A stretch of DNA of 40,908 nt from a virus, in the UHGV virus genome UHGV-0188503. One strand, given 5' to 3'. The first letter of the stretch is position 1, and the number at the start of each line of letters is the position of its first letter. Under the pieces are notes generated by a model, which was given only the letters and a program-made list of their open reading frames with translations, searched no databases and had not been told where the DNA came from. Positions 7,338 to 15,413 of the stretch are shown piece by piece. Both the position numbers and the translations under genes were made by a program.

Positions 7338-8144
7338 ATGGAAGATTTAATTTTTTGGGTCTTCATAATTTTCCCCATCTTTTGTTTGTTTTCTTTTTTT
7401 ATTGTGTGGAAGGTTCACAAGTACACTATGGAAGTTTATAGGACGGATTTAGCTTCACAATACAAGAAAAGATATGAAGAATCAAATGAGAAATTAAAAA
7501 AAGCATGGCAAGATGTTTTAAATAAAAAAGAAACTTATGAATTTTTAATAAATAATATCTTTTGCGATATTCCATCCATGGAAAAAAGCGAAATTCAAGC
7601 TCCCCTTTTGAATATCGCAAATTATTACAAAAGAGATAAACTGGAAGAATTATCAGAAGCTTTATCTGAAAAAATGTCTTTTGAAAAGCTTAGCGTTGAG
7701 TGTAATGTAACGGATGCAGAAGGATTAAATCAAGTGAGTTTATCAAATTGTAATTGTGATGAGTTCCTTTTCGGAAATGGAGAACCTTGCAAACATATGA
7801 TTGCACTTTCTGCAAGATTAGGGCTTCTTTTAAAATCCTATCCAAATTTCAAAAGAAATTGCGAGAACGAAATAAAAAAACTGGAAAAAATGTATTCTTC
7901 TACAATCTCTTTCGATCAAAAAAATGCTCCATTGATTTCTAAGATATTATCTTTTTACAAATCAAACAGCTTGTTATTTCAGAAAAATATAGAATTGAAC
8001 AACGAGGAAACAGAAAAAGATATTAAACAATTAACAAGCTATGATCATCGTTTCGAAGACGAATACTTTAGAGAGATTGCCTATGTAAAAATTTTCGGAA
8101 AAAATCCCGGAGAAAAAGAAGGACTGAAATGGCCACGAAGCTGA
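7338..8144 (+). CDS. Membrane-anchored protein with SWIM-type zinc finger
   Basis: N-terminal TM helix; CNCDEF...PCKH fits CxC-xn-CxH. Confidence 0.7.
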   Translation: MEDLIFWVFIIFPIFCLFSFFIVWKVHKYTMEVYRTDLASQYKKRYEESNEKLKKAWQDVLNKKETYEFLINNIFCDIPSMEKSEIQAPLLNIANYYKRDKLEELSEALSEKMSFEKLSVECNVTDAEGLNQVSLSNCNCDEFLFGNGEPCKHMIALSARLGLLLKSYPNFKRNCENEIKKLEKMYSSTISFDQKNAPLISKILSFYKSNSLLFQKNIELNNEETEKDIKQLTSYDHRFEDEYFREIAYVKIFGKNPGEKEGLKWPRS

Positions 8145-9199
8145 AAAATGGAAAATTCCGCGCTCAGGTTTTCTTGAGCGCGGACGAAAACGGAAAGCGC
8201 CTTTACAAGTCGTTTGTTGCCGATACGGCAGACGAAGCCGACTTCGAGGCGCTTTCTTTTAAACTCGGCCGCGGGAAATCGGTCGATAAAAAGACCGTCA
8301 CGCTTAGAGCCGCTATGACGGCATATATTCAGAGTAAGGAAGGCGTTCTGGCACAATCCACCGTAAATTCATACTATTCTTCCATGAATTCTTTCGGTGA
8401 CTTCCTTGACACACCGCTTTGCAATCTTAACGCTGTGTCCGTTCAAAAGGCTATTTCTGAATATGCCAGGCGCGGGAATGACGGAAACGGAAAAGCCGGG
8501 AAGCCAATCTCTGCAAAAACGGTCCGGAACGCTTATGGCCTTCTTACAGCCACGCTACACCAGAATGATATCTGGTTTCACGGTATTTCACTACCGCAAA
8601 AAGAAAGCGTTGAATACCATACTCCTTTAGGAAGCTCTCTGGCGGCTATTTTTCGCGTATCTGAGGGGACAAAGCTGGAGTTGCCCATTCTCCTTGCTTC
8701 GTGGTGCTCCCTGCGCAGGAGCGAGATTTTAGGCCTGCAGTTCGGTGATGTAGACTTTGATAAAAGCCTGATTCATGTTCGCCGGGCAAAAGTCTATATC
8801 GGAGCAAAACAGGAAATCAAAAAGCCGAAAACAAAAACTTCCGCGAGAATGGTTTTTCTTCCTTCTTATATTGCCGAAAAAATTAAAGCTATCCCACATG
8901 ACAAAGAAACGGATTGGATTGTCCCGGTATCCGGTCTCTTTATCTCGGATGGTTTCAGGCAGCTTCTCATAAAAAATAATTTACAACCCTGCCGATTCCA
9001 TGATCTGCGCCATGCCTTTGTTTCTGTTTTGGCGGAGAACGGCGTGGACGGGAAATATATACAGGAAATGGGTGGGTGGTCGTGCGAAAACGGTGTCATG
9101 AATTCCGTTTATAAACAGACTTCGTTTGAGCGAAAAAGGGAAGCCGCAAAACAGGCCGAAAATGTCTTTTTGGAACTCATGCAACATTCTGCAACATGA
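8129..9199 (+). CDS. int: Tyrosine integrase
   Basis: LRRSE, KTK, FHDLRH, GGW and VY catalytic motifs; adjacent to attP. Confidence 0.95.
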   Translation: MATKLKNGKFRAQVFLSADENGKRLYKSFVADTADEADFEALSFKLGRGKSVDKKTVTLRAAMTAYIQSKEGVLAQSTVNSYYSSMNSFGDFLDTPLCNLNAVSVQKAISEYARRGNDGNGKAGKPISAKTVRNAYGLLTATLHQNDIWFHGISLPQKESVEYHTPLGSSLAAIFRVSEGTKLELPILLASWCSLRRSEILGLQFGDVDFDKSLIHVRRAKVYIGAKQEIKKPKTKTSARMVFLPSYIAEKIKAIPHDKETDWIVPVSGLFISDGFRQLLIKNNLQPCRFHDLRHAFVSVLAENGVDGKYIQEMGGWSCENGVMNSVYKQTSFERKREAAKQAENVFLELMQHSAT

Positions 9200-9246
9200 C
9201 GAAATCCGCAAACCAGCATAAATAAAAGGCTTGAAAGAAACAAAAA

Positions 9247-9274
9247 ACGGGTTCAAGTCCCGTTTCTCGCACCA
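9247..9274 (+). other. attP core: 3' end of a tRNA gene (probably tRNA-Leu)
   Basis: ACGGG-TTCAAGT-CCCGT T-arm, TTCTCGC acceptor strand, discriminator A, CCA. No 5' half is present. Confidence 0.85.
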
Positions 9275-9282
9275 ACAACGGA

Positions 9283-9325
9283 AAAGTCCCGCAAGCCTGA
9301 TTTTATCAAGGTTTGCGGGATTTTC
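9283..9325 (+). terminator. Hairpin terminator for the tRNA reconstituted on integration
   Basis: TCCCGCAAGCC...GGTTTGCGGGA followed by TTTT. Confidence 0.65.
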
Positions 9326-9462
9326 ATTTATTCATGCGGGTTTGCGGGCTGTTTCGGTTTTGTTTATAATATTGTAAACTGTACATGATTTTATAAAAAT
9401 AGTTCCGAAATCGGAAATTTTGCAACACGCTTGCAACACATGCAACACGGATGCAACACGGG

Positions 9463-9489
9463 AAAAGCCGCTCAGAATCTCTGAGCGGC
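9463..9489 (-). terminator. Terminator at the end of the late transcript
   Basis: GCCGCTCAGA/TCTGAGCGGC 10-bp stem followed by TTTT on the minus strand. Confidence 0.7.
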
Positions 9490-9494
9490 CGTGT

Positions 9495-9932
9495 TTATTT
9501 AACGATTTGCAAATAGTAGGAGAGCGTCTTTCCGGGTTTTGCGTCTTCGTCACGGATAAAGTCGGCGGCCATCTCCGCATAAATGTCCGTTCCGAACTTC
9601 GGATTATAATAATCACTGTAGACGGAGTTCAAGACAGCATAGAAATCCCAAGGGTCAGCAGATGGGCAATATTGCCGGCGTACAGCGTCTGTCTGTTCCG
9701 GTGTCCAGTGCCCTCCTTGCGTTCCGTCCTTGTTTTCCATTTTGCGCACCCACTCTTTTGCCATTGTTTCTCCGAGGTGATCTCCATAAAGTATTTTATG
9801 AATTTCACATTCGATCTCTGCATAGTCCCTTTCGTCAAGAAGGCAGACCGCATCCGAAAGAACTTCTTCCAGCCTTATCATCTGTTCCTTGCTTCCATTT
9901 TCTATGATTTCACGGATCATTTGCTTGTGCAT
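9495..9932 (-). CDS. Conserved hypothetical protein (last gene of the unknown module)
   Basis: WVRKMENKDGTQGGHWT...FYAVLNSVYSDY...DFIRDEDA; RBS GGAGGA. Confidence 0.8.
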   Translation of the reverse strand: MHKQMIREIIENGSKEQMIRLEEVLSDAVCLLDERDYAEIECEIHKILYGDHLGETMAKEWVRKMENKDGTQGGHWTPEQTDAVRRQYCPSADPWDFYAVLNSVYSDYYNPKFGTDIYAEMAADFIRDEDAKPGKTLSYYLQIVK

Positions 9933-9944
9933 GGTCTCCTCCGA

Positions 9945-10361
9945 TCAAAGACGGCTGACGGTCATAGCAACATTGGTGAAAGTTGCCGCAACGCCGCTGT
10001 TCTGCACGGTCAGGAAGTCGTTGGTTCTTCCGGCCGTTGCCCGGATGATCGCCTGGAAAGAAAGGCTGTTTGTTTCGGTGCTTGCCGTTGTTACGGTGGC
10101 GCTTGCCTTTGCACCGGTAACAGCGTTTCCGTTCTGGAGCAGTTCCAGCGAAACATCACCGGCCGCCGGGGCGGTAAAGGTCGCGTTGACCGTTACCAAG
10201 TAATAATTCGCGTAGCAGTCAGAGATTGTGACTGCGTTCCCGGAAAGGTCGATGACATTCTGACAATATCTCCGAACAGGAGGTACAGAAAAAGGCACTA
10301 CCGCAGAAGCCGCAACAGCTGTACTTGCAGTATTCGTGACGAAAATCAAAGGTTTTGACAT
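9945..10361 (-). CDS. Beta-rich protein, BclA-C/C1q-like
   Basis: VVPFS..., YYLVTVNATF, ELLQNGNAVTGA, terminal MTVSRL; alternating beta pattern. Confidence 0.65.
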   Translation of the reverse strand: MSKPLIFVTNTASTAVAASAVVPFSVPPVRRYCQNVIDLSGNAVTISDCYANYYLVTVNATFTAPAAGDVSLELLQNGNAVTGAKASATVTTASTETNSLSFQAIIRATAGRTNDFLTVQNSGVAATFTNVAMTVSRL

Positions 10362-10378
10362 ATTTTTCTCCTTTCTTT

Positions 10379-10408
10379 AAAAATGCGGGACGGTTTCGGC
10401 CGTCCCGC
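10379..10408 (-). terminator. Hairpin terminator after the Gly-rich gene
   Basis: GCGGGACGG/CCGTCCCGC stem followed by ATTTTT on the minus strand. Confidence 0.6.
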
Positions 10409-10428
10409 GTGTGGCCAAAAAGCCGAAG

Positions 10429-11010
10429 TTAAATGGCTCCGGCACAACCGCAACCGGCTGCGAACGGATTTGTTCCGGAACAATAGGTCATAGTGGTCGG
10501 ATATCTCACGACACCGCACATAGCGCCCTGGAGTTCCAGTTGATTGATTCTGGCCTGCAAAGATGCAATCTTGTCCGCCGCCAGCGCATCCAGAACCTTC
10601 TGGGTATTTGCCGTGCTGGTTGCCTGGATTGCCGCAGACTGCGAGATCAGATTGTAGTTCACGCCGTCAATGGCTCTCTGCGTTTCGCAGCAACATTTCT
10701 GAGATTCCGCAAAGCCAGTCGTGACAGCCGCCTGAATGTCCCGGATTTCTCCGAGGTTGTTATACGCCGCGTCTTTCACCGCGTTCACGATGCCGGACTG
10801 ACCGCTTTTCAGCGTGTCAAGATCCACCGCTCTCTGAATATCTGCCTGCGTTGCATAGGCCTCTCCGACCCGATTCCCGTTTCCGCCAAACAGACCACCG
10901 CCGCCCCACATCAGGGCAAGGATGGCAAAAATGGCAAACCAGGAACCGTCACCGCCGAACAGACCGCCGCTGTTGCCCATCGGCATAACAGGGGTGATTC
11001 CGTTTTCCAT
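10429..11010 (-). CDS. Gly-rich hydrophobic-hairpin / coiled-coil protein with CCC motif
   Basis: GGLFGGDGSWFAIFAILALMWGGGGLFGG; QKCCCETQRAID; C-terminal heptads and CGC. Confidence 0.8.
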   Translation of the reverse strand: MENGITPVMPMGNSGGLFGGDGSWFAIFAILALMWGGGGLFGGNGNRVGEAYATQADIQRAVDLDTLKSGQSGIVNAVKDAAYNNLGEIRDIQAAVTTGFAESQKCCCETQRAIDGVNYNLISQSAAIQATSTANTQKVLDALAADKIASLQARINQLELQGAMCGVVRYPTTMTYCSGTNPFAAGCGCAGAI

Positions 11011-11073
11011 GTTTTTTCTCCTTTTATAAATGTATTTTATTTCAGCCGGCAGGCGCGCACTGCCGGGCTAAAA

Positions 11074-11322
11074 TCATCTGAGCTGTGAAATCAGATCCTC
11101 ATATTTGATTCCGGCCTTTTCGCACATTTGCCGCGCAACCTCCTCCGGGTTCTTCCCGGCGCATAATTGCATGACCTGTCCGATTGCCGGATTACTTTGC
11201 GCCATTTGTCCTAAAATCTGCTGCGGGTTTCCCCGTGCTATGGACATGAGACTTTTTGCCTGTCTGATTCCGTTCAAAAGCGGGGCGGGAAAGGCGGGGA
11301 CACCTCTTCCGAGAATGTTCAT
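11074..11322 (-). CDS. Small helical Q/N/P-rich protein
   Basis: NPQQILGQMAQSNP...KNPEEVARQMCEKAGI. Confidence 0.75.
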   Translation of the reverse strand: MNILGRGVPAFPAPLLNGIRQAKSLMSIARGNPQQILGQMAQSNPAIGQVMQLCAGKNPEEVARQMCEKAGIKYEDLISQLR

Positions 11323-11723
11323 GCTTCTGCTCCTTTCTTTTCAATCAGGCCTTCAATTTTGGCCTTCAGATCGTCAAATTCAGTGCGTGACACAAATGTG
11401 CCGGTCAAGTCGTCTGCACTTGCGGCAAGCTGTTTTTCGGCGCGTGGCACGATGTCAAATGCCTGAACCTCAAACTGCCCTTTAGAATCCACCTTTTTCT
11501 GATATATGATGCTTTTGTCATTATCAAGGAAGATGTATTCGCTGTCGAAAGGCAACTGCTTTGCACGCACTTCTTCGATACCCGAAACAAATAACTTGTT
11601 TGTGTTCGGCAGATTCTGTGCCGCAGAAGTCTGCGGGATTGTCATTTGCGGAGCGAGCGGATACCCATATGGCTGTGTAGCCGTGGGTGCGGTCGCACCG
11701 AAAGGATAATAAGGTTGAAACAT
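11319..11723 (-). CDS. Hypothetical protein with P/Y/Q-rich N-terminus
   Basis: MFQPYYP..; FVSGIEEV..IFLD..IYQK core; FVSRTEFDDLK; RBS AGGAGG. Confidence 0.75.
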   Translation of the reverse strand: MFQPYYPFGATAPTATQPYGYPLAPQMTIPQTSAAQNLPNTNKLFVSGIEEVRAKQLPFDSEYIFLDNDKSIIYQKKVDSKGQFEVQAFDIVPRAEKQLAASADDLTGTFVSRTEFDDLKAKIEGLIEKKGAEA

Positions 11724-11769
11724 TTCGCAAGCCCTCCTTTCTCGCTTGTCTTTATTTTACAATGACGAC

Positions 11770-11803
11770 AAAAAAGAGTACACCCACAAAAGGTGTACTC
11801 TTT
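11770..11803. terminator. Bidirectional hairpin terminator
   Basis: AAAGAGTACACC...GGTGTACTCTTT with A/T tracts on both sides. Confidence 0.7.
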
Positions 11804-11815
11804 CTTTACGGTTTG

Positions 11816-12055
11816 TCAGCAGAGCAGTTCTTTCATCCGGTTTTTCTTTGTCGTGACCGACTTTTCTGCAATGCAAAGCCTGTCCGCCAATTCGCCATGC
11901 CTTGTTTTCTTTACAAAAAACTCAATGGCCAGTTCTGTATTTTCGGCCGAAAGACCACGCTCCCGGCATCTTCTCCGGAGCTCTGATTCTGTGCAGGAAT
12001 CTATGTCAAACGGTCGCGCTCTCCGGATGACTGTAATGTGGATCGGAATGCTCAC
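11816..12055 (-). CDS. Small HTH protein (sigma region 4 / LuxR-like)
   Basis: HGELADRLCIAEKSVTTKKNRMK; GTG start with AGAGGA RBS. Confidence 0.6.
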   Translation of the reverse strand: MSIPIHITVIRRARPFDIDSCTESELRRRCRERGLSAENTELAIEFFVKKTRHGELADRLCIAEKSVTTKKNRMKELLC

Positions 12056-12992
12056 TTTTTTCCTCTCTTTCTGCCGAAATAGCCGGATACTCCTCTACAT
12101 AGGCCATAAACTGGCTCATCATGCTCATCTGCGCTCTCATATATCGCACGGACGAAATCACAATGTTTTCATAGCCGCATTTATAACCGAAAAAACCGCT
12201 CAGAATAACAGAGACCATCTTTAAAAAAACAGAGACAAACATTTCCCATGTCGGTGTCTGAATGATCTGCACGCTGATGATTGACATCACAAAAGAGATA
12301 AAACTGGTGGTAAAAAATTTACGGATAAAAGCCATTCGTTTCAGCTCTTCAGGCGCATGGCCGAGCGGGTCTCTGCTGTTACTTCTGCACTCTCTCTTCA
12401 TAATCATGTTTGGAGTAAGATTCAGAGATTTTACTCCGTTTGCGTGTAGAATCGCCTTTTTTTGCTGTTCAGAAATTCCAGAAAAAGCCCTGATTTCCTT
12501 TTTCCCTTTCCCGATGTATTTCTCCGCGTATTCTTCGTATGTAATGTTCTGTTCGACCAGAATACGCTCTCTGACTTTCCTGAGTTCTCCATCGGCATAC
12601 CAACGGCAAAATTCAAATAAACGGTTTTGGAGCTTGGAAGAAACAATCTTTTCATTTAACTCGTCATATGCCGATACCGTTTTTGAATAGGTCTCCGTCA
12701 GATATCCCGCTCGCATTCCGCTGTCCGAACAACAGATATATGCCGAGTATGAGCAAAACAAAATCACAAAGAAAGAAAGGCCAAGAGAAGCAAGACCCTC
12801 CCACGAAGCGGTTATATCGGTCGTAAGCGCAACAGTGGCCACAAAAACAATGACCACACAGGCAAGAATTCCGGCGTAGTTAAGAAAACCCTTTGCGGCT
12901 TTCTTTTTAAAGGAGGAAACAGAAAGAGCCGCGCTTTCCATTTTTGTTGTGCCGGGTGTGGGTTGATTTTGCCAGTCAAAATTACTGTTCAT
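12006..12992 (-). CDS. Integral membrane protein (2 TM + soluble domain + 2 TM)
   Basis: Four hydrophobic segments; translationally coupled to the upstream gene. Confidence 0.8.
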   Translation of the reverse strand: MNSNFDWQNQPTPGTTKMESAALSVSSFKKKAAKGFLNYAGILACVVIVFVATVALTTDITASWEGLASLGLSFFVILFCSYSAYICCSDSGMRAGYLTETYSKTVSAYDELNEKIVSSKLQNRLFEFCRWYADGELRKVRERILVEQNITYEEYAEKYIGKGKKEIRAFSGISEQQKKAILHANGVKSLNLTPNMIMKRECRSNSRDPLGHAPEELKRMAFIRKFFTTSFISFVMSIISVQIIQTPTWEMFVSVFLKMVSVILSGFFGYKCGYENIVISSVRYMRAQMSMMSQFMAYVEEYPAISAEREEKSEHSDPHYSHPESATV

Positions 12993-13380
12993 TTCCGGCC
13001 TCCCTTACCTTGTCCGCACTATGATACAAAATCATTGCCGCAAACGCTCCGAAAGTTGCCCACGCCATAATGACCGTCATACTGTGTATAAATTGCTCCA
13101 CGCCATAACAAACAGCAGTAAGAAGCGCACAAGGGATTATTCCGGTTTTCGGCAGTTTGATTTTGCGTGAAAAGAACCGCCATAGCGTCAGGGCGGCGCA
13201 GATACAGACAATGGAAAAAGCAGCCGCCGATAAATGGAGTACATCCAAAAAAGAGGAACCTGTTCCCGCTGTCGCCGTCCGGATATGCGGAAACTCTGCA
13301 ATGGCCGCAGCTGAAGGGGCGGCAAATGAAATGACCGCCCCGGCAATATCAAGCACTCTTGCTTTCTGTGTGTTCGTCAT
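12982..13380 (-). CDS. Small 4-TM membrane protein (possible holin-like)
   Basis: Four hydrophobic segments in 132 aa. Confidence 0.7.
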   Translation of the reverse strand: MTNTQKARVLDIAGAVISFAAPSAAAIAEFPHIRTATAGTGSSFLDVLHLSAAAFSIVCICAALTLWRFFSRKIKLPKTGIIPCALLTAVCYGVEQFIHSMTVIMAWATFGAFAAMILYHSADKVREAGNEQ

Positions 13381-14026
13381 GTTCCACCTCCGTCACAGCA
13401 GAAAGAAGTCCGGCAATCTTGCGGTCTCCCTCCAGCCACGCATCCTCAATTTCTGCCTTTCTTTTTGCGGAAATAGTTGTGGACATTCCTACAAAATCAT
13501 TTAATTGTTTCGCCATTAGACGAATGGCTTCAATGTTGGCTTCCAGTATAGCACGATCGGAAGAAGCCAACCTTTTCATCTCTTCGGCAAGATCTGTCAC
13601 GGTCATATTTCCGCTTTTCAGCGATTCCAATATCGGGGACGCTTCTTTCATAAAGGCGCTGATCGTGGTCGCGGATCGCGCCATAACATTATAAACGCTG
13701 TCCTTATTGTTTTTATCATCCATGTAAAGCTTAAATGCGCGAAGGTAGGAAAGCAATTTCGCCACGCCGCCGAACTTGGGGAAAACCAAATAAATCGTGG
13801 AAAGCATGACCGTAAGAGAGGCAATGTTTTCTTTTACAAAATTCCATGCCTCCTCAAACCAGGTCGTGTCATCCGTTGGTTTTTCCGTTTCGGCGGGCAA
13901 CTCTGACTGTTCGCCCGATTCCGTTTCAAAAATGATCTCCGGAGAAGATTCTTCCGCAAAGACAAAAACCGTAAAAAGCGCAAAAAGCGTAAGCGTTACG
14001 CAAAGAAAAGTCATTACTTTTTTCAT
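13349..14026 (-). CDS. Signal-peptide, single-pass membrane protein with helical C-terminal domain
   Basis: MKKVMTFLCVTLTLFALFTVFVFA|EE, acidic linker, second hydrophobic helix; AGGAGG at 14035-14040. Confidence 0.78.
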   Translation of the reverse strand: MKKVMTFLCVTLTLFALFTVFVFAEESSPEIIFETESGEQSELPAETEKPTDDTTWFEEAWNFVKENIASLTVMLSTIYLVFPKFGGVAKLLSYLRAFKLYMDDKNNKDSVYNVMARSATTISAFMKEASPILESLKSGNMTVTDLAEEMKRLASSDRAILEANIEAIRLMAKQLNDFVGMSTTISAKRKAEIEDAWLEGDRKIAGLLSAVTEVEHDEHTESKSA

Positions 14027-14039
14027 GATTATTTCCTCC

Positions 14040-14411
14040 TCACTTGAAAACATCCACGGTGGTGCTGTCCACTGTTTTTTTGATGTCTGAAATCATGTTT
14101 TTGGCCTGTTCTGCCAAATATGAATATGGAATAAGTGTGCGCGGGTCAAAAGGTTCCGGCCGAACCGTGTTCCGCTCCCTTGTAAGATCTTCCGTTTCCG
14201 TAAACAGAATGTTCAAGCGGAACACCCCCTGCGGGATCTCTTTTTCCGGAATGACGGCCACACCGTTTGTCACGCCGGTGTGATAGGTGCCAAGATAGAG
14301 AAGGCCGGAGGTAGCCGGATAAACGCGAACGGTCAGCGGCGCACCTCCGCTCAGGTCGTCACCGAGCGAAGATGCGCAGATGTATTTACCACCGATTTTA
14401 TAAAAGTCCAT
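14040..14411 (-). CDS. Hypothetical late protein
   Basis: Tightly coupled in the late operon. Confidence 0.65.
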   Translation of the reverse strand: MDFYKIGGKYICASSLGDDLSGGAPLTVRVYPATSGLLYLGTYHTGVTNGVAVIPEKEIPQGVFRLNILFTETEDLTRERNTVRPEPFDPRTLIPYSYLAEQAKNMISDIKKTVDSTTVDVFK

Positions 14412-14412
14412 A

Positions 14413-14658
14413 TCAGCCCTCCGCCAGTTTTGCCTGTGCCAGCTCTTCCGTTGTAAACAGTTTCACGCCGATGTCCTGCATTTTTACAATGCGCGTTTCG
14501 TTGTTCACAGTATCTGCCATTCGGACGGTGAAAAGGACAGTATCTTTGAGTACCATGTTCCAGATCACTGCAACCGGACGAATAACACCGTCCTTGATAA
14601 AGTAAGCAGTTCCACCAACCGGGAAAGCTGTCAGTGCATTGATTTTGTCCTGTGTCAT
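14413..14658 (-). CDS. Hypothetical late protein
   Basis: RBS AAGGAG; tightly coupled. Confidence 0.65.
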   Translation of the reverse strand: MTQDKINALTAFPVGGTAYFIKDGVIRPVAVIWNMVLKDTVLFTVRMADTVNNETRIVKMQDIGVKLFTTEELAQAKLAEG

Positions 14659-14678
14659 GTTCCTTCTCCTTTATTTCT

Positions 14679-15413
14679 TTATTTCGAAAAGCTGTTAAAT
14701 GTTGTATTTCCGGTAAGCGTAAGAGTTTCGGTTGAATTGTTCGAAAGCCACAGATTATTTTGACTTCCGCCCATTTCATAGGTGATACTCCAAGATTCTC
14801 CTTCCGTTTCGGTAAATGTTACCGATGAAACATTGGAATAACTTGCACTGTTAAGATTGTTGTCTGTGCTTGTTTCTTCCGTTCCGTCAGCATGGGTGAT
14901 TTTTACCGTCCCCATTCGTCCGCTTCCGTAAAAACCCGTCCATTCGCTGTCAAAATAAACGCTATAACCCCCACCACCTCCTCCGCCTCCGTTGACATTT
15001 GTTGTGATTGTCACTTTTGAAAGTGTTTTACCGCTATCCGGCAAAACAGTTGTTATTTTATTTGCCGTGATTGTTACGCTTTTTGCCTGCTCTGGCTTTC
15101 TCCCTTCAAGAGTGCCCACAACGCCGCCGATGTTTTCGTATATCCGAATGTTCGATGGTTTTAATGCGAACGGCTTTTTTACAGTCACTTTGGACATTGC
15201 TTTTCCGTCGGTTGGCGTAATCACTTGATCCCCGTTTACCATGTCTAAGTAAGTGGTCTTTTCCTCTTCCGGTTTTCCCGTCTGAATTTTTGAAATTTCT
15301 CCTGCCAAATCCTCAATTTTTGTCTTACTTGTTTCCACGCCTTTGTTTTTTACGGCGGTGTATGCGGCGGAAACTCCTGATTTGATTCGTGCTATTTCTG
15401 TTGCAACACTCAT
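14679..15413 (-). CDS. Tail fibre / receptor-binding protein (putative)
   Basis: MSVATEIARI start; two KPE..K...P..GK.xSKVT repeats; poly-Gly hinge before a distinct C-terminal domain. Confidence 0.65.
   Translation of the reverse strand: MSVATEIARIKSGVSAAYTAVKNKGVETSKTKIEDLAGEISKIQTGKPEEEKTTYLDMVNGDQVITPTDGKAMSKVTVKKPFALKPSNIRIYENIGGVVGTLEGRKPEQAKSVTITANKITTVLPDSGKTLSKVTITTNVNGGGGGGGGYSVYFDSEWTGFYGSGRMGTVKITHADGTEETSTDNNLNSASYSNVSSVTFTETEGESWSITYEMGGSQNNLWLSNNSTETLTLTGNTTFNSFSK

Larger units (their letters stand above)
9180..9459. repeat. Integrase arm-type sites (TGCAACA) and inverted repeats flanking the att core
   Basis: TGCAACA at 9180, 9190, 9421, 9432, 9441, 9452; 19/21 inverted repeat 9206-9226 / 9327-9347. 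Confidence 0.7.

Noticed and set aside
9247..9274. Complete tRNA gene
   Set aside because: Only the T-arm and acceptor 3' strand are present; upstream sequence has no D or anticodon arm. Treated as the att core.
9421..9459. CRISPR-like array from TGCAACAC or GCGTTACA repeats
   Set aside because: Units are 8 bp with 1-4 bp gaps, no spacers and no cas genes. Explained as arm sites and iterons.
11754..11790. Fourth copy of the late-promoter motif
   Set aside because: Only GTGGG matches and its distance to the -10 box is 3-4 nt shorter than in the three true copies.
14679..14980. DGR variable region in the Asn-rich fibre C-terminus
   Set aside because: No reverse transcriptase and no template repeat seen in the genome.
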